Shown piece after piece: positions 1 to 8,935 of a stretch of 64,000 bases of DNA; position 1 is the first letter of the stretch; each line of letters starts with the position of its first letter. The position numbers and the translations under genes were made by a program. Source of the DNA: an uncultured Flavobacteriales bacterium. GTDB lineage: Bacteria > Bacteroidota > Bacteroidia > Flavobacteriales_D > Sanyastnellaceae. The notes under the pieces are model-generated. The model was not told where the DNA came from, searched no databases, and saw only the letters and a list, made by a program, of their open reading frames with translations. The stretch lies in NCBI GenBank assembly GCA_938074325.1, contig CALJFZ010000029.1, positions 12,292 to 76,291 on the forward strand, given 5' to 3'.

Positions 1-485
1 CGAATGGCCGACTGACCAAATACGGAAGTGGCACGTTCAGCAACCACGCAGAGGCGAAGAAGCACTTGGGCGAAGTGCGAGAATGGGCTCCCGATGCCTT
101 TATCAAACCGATCCAAATCCCTGCGGATGGCAAACTGCGCTCAGAAGCAGAAGTTCAGCCGAAGCCGACAACGAAGGTTGAGTCTGCACCTCCAGCCGCT
201 GATGCCATTGCCGTTGAGAAATCCCGCGCTGCACCCGCTCCTGAAAAAACGAAAACCAAGGAGTTTCGGGTTCGAATTGTTTCCTACACAACCAACCTGG
301 AACCCACTGAGGTGGCCACGTTGTTGCGCCTTGGAAATGAAGTGCCATTGAAAACAGCCAGATTGACAAATCAAACGGTCTATTTCACGGATACCTTTGA
401 ACGTCTCGAAGACGCGAAGAAGGCTTTAGACACTTGCGTAAAACGCGGTTTTCAGGATGCAGAAATAGAAGTAATCTACCAATGA
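1..485 (+). CDS. C-terminal part of a SPOR-domain-like envelope protein (5' end outside window)
   Basis: Frame is open from base 3 (NGRLTKYGSGTFSNHAEAKKHLGEVREWAPDAFI...). Two SPOR-like segments end in 'PDAFI' and 'GFQDAEI'. The stop overlaps the next ATG (ATGA at 482-485). Confidence 0.6.
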   Translation, partial: NGRLTKYGSGTFSNHAEAKKHLGEVREWAPDAFIKPIQIPADGKLRSEAEVQPKPTTKVESAPPAADAIAVEKSRAAPAPEKTKTKEFRVRIVSYTTNLEPTEVATLLRLGNEVPLKTARLTNQTVYFTDTFERLEDAKKALDTCVKRGFQDAEIEVIYQ

Positions 486-2128
486 AGAAGCAAGTTTTAA
501 TCGCATTTTGCCTGTCGGTTGTGTTCGGGCTTGCAGTTAAGTCAGAAGCGCAATCTGTGGTTATTAATGAGGCATTGTCAAGCAATTCCTCATTCGACTA
601 TGACGACTTCTTTCAATATGAAGATTGGATCGAACTCTACAACGATGGTGGAATTCTGAACTTGAGTGGATACTACTTGAGCGATGACCCCGACACCTTG
701 GACAAATGGATGTTCCCCTCAAGCAACCCTGGATTGACGACCATCTTGCCTGGGGGTCACTTGCGCATTTGGTGCGATAACGATGAACAACAGGGAGAGG
801 ACCACACCAATTTCAAATTGAGCAGTGAAGGAGAAACCGTTTTTCTCGTTGAACCCGATGGAACAACCATCATAGATAACGTTACACTGGGACTTGCCCA
901 ATCCGATATTTCATACGGTCGCACATGCGACGGTTGCGCTGAATGGCAGTTCTTCAATGTCCCTACACCCGATGCGCCCAATTCGGATATTCCGCTACCA
1001 GTGAGCACATTGTTCATCAATGAATACCAAGTGGCCAATACCAACACGCTGTTTGATGAAGCGTTCAACTATCACGGCTGGGTCGAAATATTCAATCCCA
1101 ACGACTACCAGATCAACCTCTCCGGCTATGTTCTTGAGTTGGGAGGGGACCAGCATACGTTTGACAACAACGAACCCTGGAAGACCACCATCGACGGCAA
1201 TGACTTTCAGATTTTCTGGCTCGACGGAAATCCAGCATTGGGATCCAATCACCTTGAAATTGAGCCCACATCCTCTGGAACATTGAATCTTCTTGGATAC
1301 GACGGGACCTTGGTCGACGGCGTGGAATTCGACGCGTCCACACCTGTCGACGTGAGCCAAGGCCGAAGCACGGACGGCTCACCGCTGTGGACGGAGTTTT
1401 CAACGCCTACGCCGCGCGTAACGAATGCTTTACAAATTATCCCACCAGCCACACTCGTCATCAATGAAGCGCAATCCGACAATTTCATCACGTATACAGA
1501 TGAAACAGGGGAGTATGAAGATTGGATTGAATTGCACAACCCAACATCCAGCCCCATTGATGTGGCGGGCTACTACATTACCGATCGCCTTGATCGCCCT
1601 CAAAAGTGGCAAGTCCCTGTAACCTCGGGTGACTCAACCGTTATTCCTCCCGGTGGATTCGTCGTTCTGTTTGCAGACGAAAATGGTTCCCAAGGGTGGA
1701 ACCATATGAACTTCAAGCTCAGCTCGTTTGGTGAGCCTTTGGCCCTTCGTTCGCCTGACGGGTTTACCGTAGCAGATTCAGTGTTCATTCCAGAACTCAG
1801 CCAGGACCGTTCATGGGGGAGGGAATTTGATGCACACCCGAATTGGATCGAATTTTTCATACCCACCCCCAATGCTTCCAATGGAGTGAATTCGATTGAA
1901 AACGCAGGGAGTGAAGTGGCATACACGCTATATCCTAATCCCTGCCTGAGGACAACCCCAGTGCACTTTCCAGCTGCAGCAACAATTTACAGCCACACGG
2001 GGCAGCCTGTTCGCCATATCCAGGGCAAGGGCACCTACAATTTGGACTTACCTCGCGGCCAATATTTGGTCGTATGGCCTCAAAAGATGGGGGCATCCAC
2101 CCAGGCATCGCGCCTGATCATACAGTAA
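482..2128 (+). CDS. Secreted protein with three lamin-tail-domain (LTD) repeats and a T9SS type A-like C-terminal domain
   Basis: Signal peptide MKKQVLIAF...AQ starts at the ATGA overlap. Three repeats begin VVINE, LFINE and LVINE, contain WIELYN/WVEIFN/WIELHN and end in PTP. The C-terminus has YPNP...G.Y.V. Confidence 0.8.
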   Translation: MKKQVLIAFCLSVVFGLAVKSEAQSVVINEALSSNSSFDYDDFFQYEDWIELYNDGGILNLSGYYLSDDPDTLDKWMFPSSNPGLTTILPGGHLRIWCDNDEQQGEDHTNFKLSSEGETVFLVEPDGTTIIDNVTLGLAQSDISYGRTCDGCAEWQFFNVPTPDAPNSDIPLPVSTLFINEYQVANTNTLFDEAFNYHGWVEIFNPNDYQINLSGYVLELGGDQHTFDNNEPWKTTIDGNDFQIFWLDGNPALGSNHLEIEPTSSGTLNLLGYDGTLVDGVEFDASTPVDVSQGRSTDGSPLWTEFSTPTPRVTNALQIIPPATLVINEAQSDNFITYTDETGEYEDWIELHNPTSSPIDVAGYYITDRLDRPQKWQVPVTSGDSTVIPPGGFVVLFADENGSQGWNHMNFKLSSFGEPLALRSPDGFTVADSVFIPELSQDRSWGREFDAHPNWIEFFIPTPNASNGVNSIENAGSEVAYTLYPNPCLRTTPVHFPAAATIYSHTGQPVRHIQGKGTYNLDLPRGQYLVVWPQKMGASTQASRLIIQ

Positions 2129-2140
2129 GTTACTTTCCCT

Positions 2141-2170
2141 TAGGGTTTTCTGGCAAAAAACCCTACTTTT
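2141..2170 (+). terminator. Hairpin, probable intrinsic terminator, overlapping the rpsA promoter
   Basis: TAGGGTTTT-ctggcaa-AAAACCCTA followed by CTTTT. Confidence 0.45.
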
Positions 2171-2171
2171 G
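2164..2171 (+). promoter_or_regulatory. Bacteroidota sigma70 -7 element for rpsA
   Basis: TACTTTTG matches TAnnTTTG, 90 nt before the ATG at 2262. Confidence 0.7.
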
Positions 2172-2261
2172 CACTCCATTTTTCACCCCGGGGACACGGG
2201 GTTTTATTCCATCCTTTTGTTGTTTGTCCCACAACAGAATACAAAAACCCCTGGGAAAGCC

Positions 2262-4442
2262 ATGAGCGAAGAAACCCAGAAACCAGCCGAGCAGGAAGAA
2301 AAGAACGCTGCTCCGCAGGCAGAAACAACTGCCACTCCCGAAGAACAAGTCGAATCAACTCCTGTTGCTGAAGCACCCGCTGCTCCAGCCCCAGCAATGA
2401 CAGAGCGCCCAGCTTTGGCTGAGCCTGGAGATTTTGACTGGGATGCATTTGAAGCGGATGTAGATGACTACAGCGCTGAGGACCGTGCGTCTTTGGAAAC
2501 TACCTACGAGAACTCCTTGAACTTGATTCAAGAGAAGGAGGTCGTTGACGGAACGGTAGTCTCCATCACGAAGAAAGAAGTAGTCGTGAATATCGGCTAC
2601 AAATCGGAAGGCATTGTCAATGCAAGCGAATTCCGCTACAACCCAGATTTGAAGGAAGGGGACGTGGTCCCGATTTTCGTTGAACGTCAAGAAGACAAGA
2701 ACGGTCAGCTTGTTGTATCCCACCGTACAGCGCGCATCTTCAGCGCTTGGGATAAGATCAATGAAGCGAAAGAAAAAGACATGATCATCCAAGGGGATGT
2801 GAAGTGCCGAACCAAAGGCGGATTGATTGTAGATGTATTTGGTATCGAGGCGTTCTTGCCTGGATCACAAGTAGACGTGAAGCCAATTCGTGACTTCGAC
2901 GTGTACGTCGGAAAGCAAATGGATTTCAAAGTTGTCAAGATCAACCAGGAGTTCAAGAACGTGGTTGTTTCTCACAAAGCCTTGATCGAAGCTGAGCTCG
3001 AAGAGCAGAAGCGCGTGATCATCAGCGGTCTCGAGAAAGGTCAGGTACTCGAGGGTACGGTAAAGAACATCACTTCTTACGGTGTCTTCGTAGACCTCGG
3101 AGGCATTGACGGTTTGGTACACATTACTGACATGTCATGGGGCCGTGTGAACCACCCAGAAGAGCTGGTTGAATTGGATCAACAACTGAACGTTGTTATT
3201 CTCGACTTTGACGATGACAAGAAGCGCATCGCATTGGGCATGAAGCAATTGACGGCTCACCCATGGGATTCAATGACGGAAGACCTCGTTGAAGGCGGTC
3301 GCATCAAGGGTAAGGTTGTCGTCATGGCTGACTACGGTGCATTCGTTGAAATCGCACCTGGCGTTGAAGGCCTCTTGCACGTATCTGAGATGAGCTGGTC
3401 ACAGCACCTCCGCAGTGCGCAGGACTTCCTGAGCGTTGGCGATGAAATCGAATGTGTCATCCTCAACATTGACCGCGAAGACCGTAAGATGTCTCTGGGC
3501 TTGAAGCAATTGAAGCAAGATCCATGGGCTGAGATCGATCAGCGCTACCCTGTCAACTCAAAGCAAAAAGGTGTGGTTCGCAACTTCACCAACTTCGGTT
3601 TGTTCGTAGAGTTGGAGGAGGGAATCGACGGATTGGTGCACATTTCCGACCTCAGCTGGTCGAAGAAAATTAAGCACCCATCAGAATTCTGCAGCGTAGG
3701 AGATGAAATCGAGGTGGTAGTTCTCGAACTCGACAAGGAAAATCGTCGAATGAGCTTGGGTCACAAGCAACTCGAAGAGAACCCTTGGGAGGTATTTGAA
3801 ACCATTTTCGCTGTCGGATCCAAGCACTCCGGAACGGTCGTTAAAATGGACGGCAACCAAGCAGTTGTGGCATTGCCATACGGATTGGAAGGTTCTTGCC
3901 ATGTCAAGCACTTGCGCAAAGAAGACGAGTCCAACGTCGCTGTTGAAGAAGCAGTTGATTTCGTTGTGCTTGAGTTCAACCGCAATGCTAAGCGCATCAC
4001 GGTAAGCCACACCCGCACGTTTGAGGAGGCACCCGCTGCAGCTGCAACACCAACTAAGGAGCGTAAGCCACGTTCAGGAGGTGGAAGCAACCGCATGATG
4101 AACGAAGTCAATGCGAGCGTTGAGCGCAGCACCTTCGGCGACCTCGACGTACTGAGCGCGCTCAAGGAGCAAATGGACGGTAATGAAAGCTCAGAGCAGA
4201 CGGAGGCTCCAAAAGAGGAGAAGAAGGAAGCCAAGAAGCCCGCAAAGAAGGCAGCTGCTAAAAAAGAAGAGGCCGCTGAAGAGGCTCCAGAAGCAGCAGC
4301 TGAAGAAGCGGCTGAGGAGGCTAAGAAGCCAGCGAAGAAAGCCGCTGCGAAAAAGCCGGCTGCAAAGAAAGCACCTGCCAAGAAAGCCAAGAAGGCTGAC
4401 GATGCAGGTGAAGACGGAAAAGAAGCAGGAGAAGAAAAGTAA
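2262..4442 (+). CDS. rpsA: 30S ribosomal protein S1 with long low-complexity N- and C-terminal extensions
   Basis: Six S1 repeats (e.g. GVFVDLGGIDGLVHITDMSWGR, GLLHVSEMSWS), Bacteroidota FDW motif, Ala/Lys/Glu-rich tail. Start moved to ATG 2262. Confidence 0.97.
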   Translation: MSEETQKPAEQEEKNAAPQAETTATPEEQVESTPVAEAPAAPAPAMTERPALAEPGDFDWDAFEADVDDYSAEDRASLETTYENSLNLIQEKEVVDGTVVSITKKEVVVNIGYKSEGIVNASEFRYNPDLKEGDVVPIFVERQEDKNGQLVVSHRTARIFSAWDKINEAKEKDMIIQGDVKCRTKGGLIVDVFGIEAFLPGSQVDVKPIRDFDVYVGKQMDFKVVKINQEFKNVVVSHKALIEAELEEQKRVIISGLEKGQVLEGTVKNITSYGVFVDLGGIDGLVHITDMSWGRVNHPEELVELDQQLNVVILDFDDDKKRIALGMKQLTAHPWDSMTEDLVEGGRIKGKVVVMADYGAFVEIAPGVEGLLHVSEMSWSQHLRSAQDFLSVGDEIECVILNIDREDRKMSLGLKQLKQDPWAEIDQRYPVNSKQKGVVRNFTNFGLFVELEEGIDGLVHISDLSWSKKIKHPSEFCSVGDEIEVVVLELDKENRRMSLGHKQLEENPWEVFETIFAVGSKHSGTVVKMDGNQAVVALPYGLEGSCHVKHLRKEDESNVAVEEAVDFVVLEFNRNAKRITVSHTRTFEEAPAAAATPTKERKPRSGGGSNRMMNEVNASVERSTFGDLDVLSALKEQMDGNESSEQTEAPKEEKKEAKKPAKKAAAKKEEAAEEAPEAAAEEAAEEAKKPAKKAAAKKPAAKKAPAKKAKKADDAGEDGKEAGEEK

Positions 4443-4464
4443 TTCATTCCACTTCATTGAATTA

Positions 4465-4497
4465 AAAAAGGGAAGCCTGTCAAGGGTTTCCCTTTTT
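4465..4497 (+). terminator. Intrinsic terminator after rpsA
   Basis: Hairpin AAAAAGGGAAGCC...GGTTTCCCTTTTT. Confidence 0.85.
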
Positions 4498-4506
4498 CTT
4501 TGCCCG

Positions 4507-4514
4507 TATCTTTG
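4507..4514 (+). promoter_or_regulatory. Sigma70 -7 element for pyrR-pyrB
   Basis: TATCTTTG, 6 nt before the ATG at 4521. Confidence 0.7.
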
Positions 4515-4520
4515 CATGCG

Positions 4521-5066
4521 ATGAGTTCACAAACCCTCATGGACGAGGCGCTGTTCGAGCGCGTGGTTGATCGACTAGCCCATCAGTTGCTGGAGCATCA
4601 CGATTTCAACCATTCCGACTTGGTTGGGTTGCAACCACGGGGGTACTGGTTCGCAAAGGTTTTGCAGGACAGATTGCAAGCCCTTTTACCCAATGTCTCA
4701 ATTAATTGCGGTGGACTGGACATCACCTTCCATCGCGATGACTTTCGAAGAAGGGAGAAGCCCTTGACCCCGTCCAGCACGCACATGCCTTTTTTAATCG
4801 AAAACCGCAATGTTATCCTGGTAGACGATGTGCTCTTCACAGGGAGAACCATCCGAGCAGGGATGGATGCCTTACTAGCGCACGGTAGACCTAATTCGGT
4901 TCAGTTGCTGGTGTTGGTCAATCGCCGGTTCCAACGGGAACTTCCTATCGAACCACAATACGTTGGGAAAACCGTTGACAGCATAGATTACGAGTACGTC
5001 AAGGTGGTTCAAAACGATTCAACGGATCGCTGCCGTGTCATGCTCTTAAACGAAAAACCCGCATGA
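4521..5066 (+). CDS. pyrR: Bifunctional pyr regulator / uracil phosphoribosyltransferase PyrR
   Basis: LDITFHRDD, PRPP loop VILVDDVLFTGRTIRA and RELPI; directly upstream of pyrB. Confidence 0.92.
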   Translation: MSSQTLMDEALFERVVDRLAHQLLEHHDFNHSDLVGLQPRGYWFAKVLQDRLQALLPNVSINCGGLDITFHRDDFRRREKPLTPSSTHMPFLIENRNVILVDDVLFTGRTIRAGMDALLAHGRPNSVQLLVLVNRRFQRELPIEPQYVGKTVDSIDYEYVKVVQNDSTDRCRVMLLNEKPA

Positions 5067-5995
5067 ACAACCTCAGTGTTCGTCACCTGACCGGCATCCG
5101 TGGACTTACCCTCAACGATGTTGAGTTGATTTTTCAGGCGGCTAAGGAGTTCAAAGAGGTCATCAATCGGCCCATCAAAAAGGTTCCTTCCCTTCGGGAC
5201 CTGACCATTGCCAACCTCTTTTTCGAGAATTCCACACGGACCCGCCTGTCCTTTGAGTTGGCAGAAAAGCGGCTCAGTGCGGACGTCGTGAATTTCTCCT
5301 CTGCCAGTAGTTCCGTCAAAAAGGGTGAAACCCTCGTGGACACGGTGAATAACATCCTTGCCATGAAAGTGGACTTGGTGGTTATGCGCCATCCTCATCC
5401 TGGTGCCCCTCAATTTTTGGCGAATAAGGTAAATACCATCGTGGTCAACGCCGGAGATGGTACGCACGAACACCCGACGCAAGCGCTGCTTGATGCCTAC
5501 AGCATGACGGAGCGCCTCGGCAGCCTCCAAGGGAAGAACGTAGCCATTGTTGGGGACATTCGGCACTCCCGAGTGGCCATCAGCAATATCCTATGCCTCC
5601 AGCTATTGGGCGCGAATGTTAGGGTTTGTGGCCCCAAAACACTCATCCCAAAGCACATTGCGGCCATGGGAGTGGAGGTAAGCCATGACCTAGATGAAAC
5701 ACTAGCCTGGTGCGACGTTGCCAACATGCTCAGGATTCAACTTGAGCGACAGGATGAAAACGCTGTACCATATTTCCCGTCGCTCCGAGAATATTCAATG
5801 GGATTTGGACTGAATCTGGATAGGCTCGAGAAACTGGATAAGCAGATTACGATCATGCACCCGGGGCCCATTAACCGCGGAGTGGAAATCACTAGCTCCG
5901 TTGCCGACAGCGACCACGCAATCATTCTCGATCAGGTAGAAAACGGCGTGGCCATCCGCATGGCTGTGCTTTACATGCTGGCAGCAAACAAATGA
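5063..5995 (+). CDS. pyrB: Aspartate carbamoyltransferase catalytic subunit
   Basis: FFENSTRTRLSFE, NAGDGTHEHPTQALLD and MHPGPINRGVEI motifs. Confidence 0.97.
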   Translation: MNNLSVRHLTGIRGLTLNDVELIFQAAKEFKEVINRPIKKVPSLRDLTIANLFFENSTRTRLSFELAEKRLSADVVNFSSASSSVKKGETLVDTVNNILAMKVDLVVMRHPHPGAPQFLANKVNTIVVNAGDGTHEHPTQALLDAYSMTERLGSLQGKNVAIVGDIRHSRVAISNILCLQLLGANVRVCGPKTLIPKHIAAMGVEVSHDLDETLAWCDVANMLRIQLERQDENAVPYFPSLREYSMGFGLNLDRLEKLDKQITIMHPGPINRGVEITSSVADSDHAIILDQVENGVAIRMAVLYMLAANK

Positions 5996-6033
5996 TGCGG
6001 GATTCTTCTATATTTACGACATACATCTGATTC

Positions 6034-6402
6034 ATGAAGTTCACAACTGAAATCCGCGAGCAAATCGCCATCGTCACATCACACGTCGAAAAATTGGATG
6101 CGCTGCATGCACCTGAACTGAAAGGAGAGCTGGTGCGCATCGCAAAAGAAGGCACGAAGTACATGGTGCTTGATTTGAGTGAATCACGGTACTGCGACAG
6201 TTCCGGCTTGAGCGCTGTGTTGATTGGCAACCGCCAATGCCGCGATGCAGAAGGCCATTTCGTGATTGCAGGACTTCAGCCATCGGTTGAGAAGCTGGTT
6301 CAGATTAGCCAATTGGACAAAGTACTGACCATCGTTCCCACGGCATCGGAAGGATTCGACTTGCTCGTGATGGAGATCACCGAAAAGGAATTGAATTCAT
6401 AA
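6034..6402 (+). CDS. STAS-domain anti-sigma factor antagonist
   Basis: LDLSESRYCDSSGLSAVL with the conserved phosphorylatable Ser; 122 aa. Confidence 0.9.
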   Translation: MKFTTEIREQIAIVTSHVEKLDALHAPELKGELVRIAKEGTKYMVLDLSESRYCDSSGLSAVLIGNRQCRDAEGHFVIAGLQPSVEKLVQISQLDKVLTIVPTASEGFDLLVMEITEKELNS

Positions 6403-6425
6403 GACAACCCCAAAGCATTAACACC

Positions 6426-7199
6426 ATGCGAAACTTTACACTCATCGCCTCTCTGCTTTTTGCAGCTGCTGCTTCAGCACAATGTGATCCTGATTTTGAT
6501 TTCGGAACTGCGGAATGGGGAGCTTCTCCTGATGCATCCATCGGAGAGCAGTTTGACACGGCTTACGTCGATACCCCTTACGCAGATGTTTTTCATGTTT
6601 TGGTTCCTACGGATGCTTCGGCCATTGATCCGATGTTTCAGTTGCCATTGGATTCCGTCATCTTGTCTAGCGTGGTATTGACGGACACTACCTCCTTGGA
6701 ACAATACACATTGGAGGATATCGGATTGGAAATTGTGTGCAATAACCTCGGCTCATCTCCCAATCCGTGCACGTTGATTGCAGGAGCACAATATTGCGCA
6801 TCACTTGAAGGGACACCTACTTCAGGAGGCGTTTTTCAAATGAGTTTGGACGTTGAAGCCTGGGTGACTGTCTTCGGTGTAGGCGTTGCTCAGCCGTATT
6901 CCTTTGCTGGCTACATTCTCGATGTCATCGGCGAGTCTAGCATTGACGTGGGGCACGTAAAGGAAGCTAACTGGAACGTGTATCCTAACCCTGTTAACGA
7001 CGTACTGACCATTGAAAAGGGAAGCGCAGACGCGTGGGTGAAGGTCTTCAATCTTGCTGGTCAGGAGATGGACATTGCTGCATTGAATCAGGCAAGCCGT
7101 CTGATTGTCAATACAGCAGACTGGCCCAACGGACTTTACTTCGTTTCCTACCAGAGCAATGAAGGCGTGTCCACCCGACGCGTCGTCGTCCAGCACTGA
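6426..7199 (+). CDS. Cys-containing secreted protein with T9SS type A C-terminal domain
   Basis: Signal peptide ending ASAQ; C-terminal VYPNPVND...GLYFV...RRVVVQH. Confidence 0.8.
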   Translation: MRNFTLIASLLFAAAASAQCDPDFDFGTAEWGASPDASIGEQFDTAYVDTPYADVFHVLVPTDASAIDPMFQLPLDSVILSSVVLTDTTSLEQYTLEDIGLEIVCNNLGSSPNPCTLIAGAQYCASLEGTPTSGGVFQMSLDVEAWVTVFGVGVAQPYSFAGYILDVIGESSIDVGHVKEANWNVYPNPVNDVLTIEKGSADAWVKVFNLAGQEMDIAALNQASRLIVNTADWPNGLYFVSYQSNEGVSTRRVVVQH

Positions 7200-7226
7200 T
7201 AAAGCGATCCGGACATTGCTGGCTGG

Positions 7227-8174
7227 GTGCATTTTGATGTAATCATACTCGGCTGTGGTGCCGCTACACCCACCTTGCAACATGCGCCGACCTCTCAGGC
7301 AGTGTGTTGGCAGGGAAAGTGGATACTGTTGGACGCTGGAGAAGGGGTTCAGACGAACATCCGAAAATACAAGGTCCCGATGCAGAAGATTGACACCATC
7401 TGCATCTCCCACATGCACGGTGATCATGTGCTTGGACTGCCGGGCCTTCTGGGTAGTATGAACCTGTTTGGCCGAGAACGAGATTTGACATTGGTGGGGC
7501 CGGCCAGTTTAGAACCGTACGTGCGCGAATCCCTAAGGCTCACCCATACGTTCGTCAGGTTTACCATGCAATTTATTGCGTGTGACACATCTCGCCCCGC
7601 TAAAATCCAGCAATGGGGGGATAACTGTTTGGAATCCATCCCCGTGAAACATCGCATTGAAGCTTTTGGCTTTAAACTCCAGAACGTACCGACCAAACGG
7701 AACCTCAAAAAAGAGTCCATTCCAGCTCTGAACCTTCAACGCAGTGAGATTCTGAAGCTAAAGAATGGCAAGGATGTGGTTCGAGCAACGGGCGAACGAT
7801 TGAGTGCTGAGAAGTTGTGCCTTCCCTTGCCGCATTCATCGACCTATGTATTCAGTGGAGACACTGCCCCGTGTGAAAACATACGAGTTGCCTCACAAGG
7901 CGCAAATGTTCTTTACCATGAGTCAACCTTCCTCCACGAGTTAAAGTCAATGGCGCGATCGACCGGTCATTCAACAGCGCAAGATGCTGCGACCCTAGCT
8001 GCCGAGGCAGGTGTTCATACGCTTGTATTGGGACATTTATCCTCTCGTTACCAAGATGAATCCCGAGTGGAAGAAGAAGGTCGCCAATTTTTCGCCAATA
8101 CCCATTTGGCGACCGAAGGTATGCGCATCAGGCTCTTACCGAAAGAAATGCCCCGTATAGACTATTTGGAATGA
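7227..8174 (+). CDS. rnz: Ribonuclease Z
   Basis: LDAGEG, SHMHGDH, SGDT, HEST, GHST and GHLSSRY motifs. Confidence 0.92.
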   Translation: MHFDVIILGCGAATPTLQHAPTSQAVCWQGKWILLDAGEGVQTNIRKYKVPMQKIDTICISHMHGDHVLGLPGLLGSMNLFGRERDLTLVGPASLEPYVRESLRLTHTFVRFTMQFIACDTSRPAKIQQWGDNCLESIPVKHRIEAFGFKLQNVPTKRNLKKESIPALNLQRSEILKLKNGKDVVRATGERLSAEKLCLPLPHSSTYVFSGDTAPCENIRVASQGANVLYHESTFLHELKSMARSTGHSTAQDAATLAAEAGVHTLVLGHLSSRYQDESRVEEEGRQFFANTHLATEGMRIRLLPKEMPRIDYLE

Positions 8175-8185
8175 TTCCAAATAGT

Positions 8186-8193
8186 TAATTTTG
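8186..8193 (+). promoter_or_regulatory. Sigma70 -7 element with leaderless spacing
   Basis: TAATTTTG-cgcc-ATG(8198). Confidence 0.7.
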
Positions 8194-8197
8194 CGCC

Positions 8198-8872
8198 ATG
8201 GAATCACGCATTCTTCTTGCGGACAGCAGTCCTGTGTTTCGATACGGTCTTGAGAACATTTTGAAAGCTGAGGGGAAGTGCGAAGCAATTGATCATGCCG
8301 AGAATGGCGAGGAGTTGGAAAAGCTCGTGACAAGTTCCGAATACGAGTTGGTCATCATCGACTGCATGGCGCCCAACTTTGCGGTGGATAACGTACTCCA
8401 TTGCCAACGTATCCGTCCCGGTCTGAAAATGTTGGCCATTACAGCAGCGCACAGTGGACAAAGTATTGTACATGCCTTGCGAGCTGGAATCACGAGTTAT
8501 GTCAAAAAGGATTGCAGCATGGAGGAAGTGCTCGAAGCCATAGATGAAACACGGGATGGAGGCACCTTCTTTTGCGGCCAGATTCTCGCTGCGATCGAGT
8601 CGGAGGCCATTCCCGTCGACAATCTTCAGCCGGCGGACGCAAGTTGCGACCCTGTTGTCTTGTCCAACCGAGAAATCGAAGTGTTGACCCTCATTTCCGA
8701 GGGAATGACCAATGTGCAGATCGCTGATAAGCTTTTCCTTTCCGGGCATACAGTGAACACGCATCGGAAAAATATCATGCACAAGTTGCGCGTTAACAAC
8801 ACAGCAGCCATGGTCATGTATGCGGTGAAGTCGGGTTTTGTAAGTCCGAACCGCTTCTTGTTCCATCAATAG
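8198..8872 (+). CDS. NarL/LuxR-family response regulator (orphan)
   Basis: Receiver domain with Asp in IIDCM and Lys in VKKD, plus LuxR HTH LSNREIEVL...IADKLFLSGHTVNTHRKNI. Confidence 0.9.
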   Translation: MESRILLADSSPVFRYGLENILKAEGKCEAIDHAENGEELEKLVTSSEYELVIIDCMAPNFAVDNVLHCQRIRPGLKMLAITAAHSGQSIVHALRAGITSYVKKDCSMEEVLEAIDETRDGGTFFCGQILAAIESEAIPVDNLQPADASCDPVVLSNREIEVLTLISEGMTNVQIADKLFLSGHTVNTHRKNIMHKLRVNNTAAMVMYAVKSGFVSPNRFLFHQ

Positions 8873-8935
8873 TTAAATATGACTATTGAAACCGTGTAAT
8901 TTGGACAATGGCCTTTAAAAACCGACTTTTGCGGC

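Noticed and set aside
4233..4395. Repeated DNA words (AAGAAGCC...)
   Set aside because: These are coding repeats of the S1 Lys/Ala tail, not CRISPR or mobile repeats.
3761..4447. 228-aa antisense ORF over the rpsA tail, and similar long shadow ORFs (8204-8869, 14438-15088, 20318-21004, 21591-22325, 45951-46796)
   Set aside because: They mirror well-supported genes on the opposite strand and have no recognisable motifs; codon bias explains them.
4441..4520. PyrR-type attenuator before pyrR-pyrB
   Set aside because: The hairpin is the rpsA terminator, and the promoter lies 6 nt from the start, leaving no leader.
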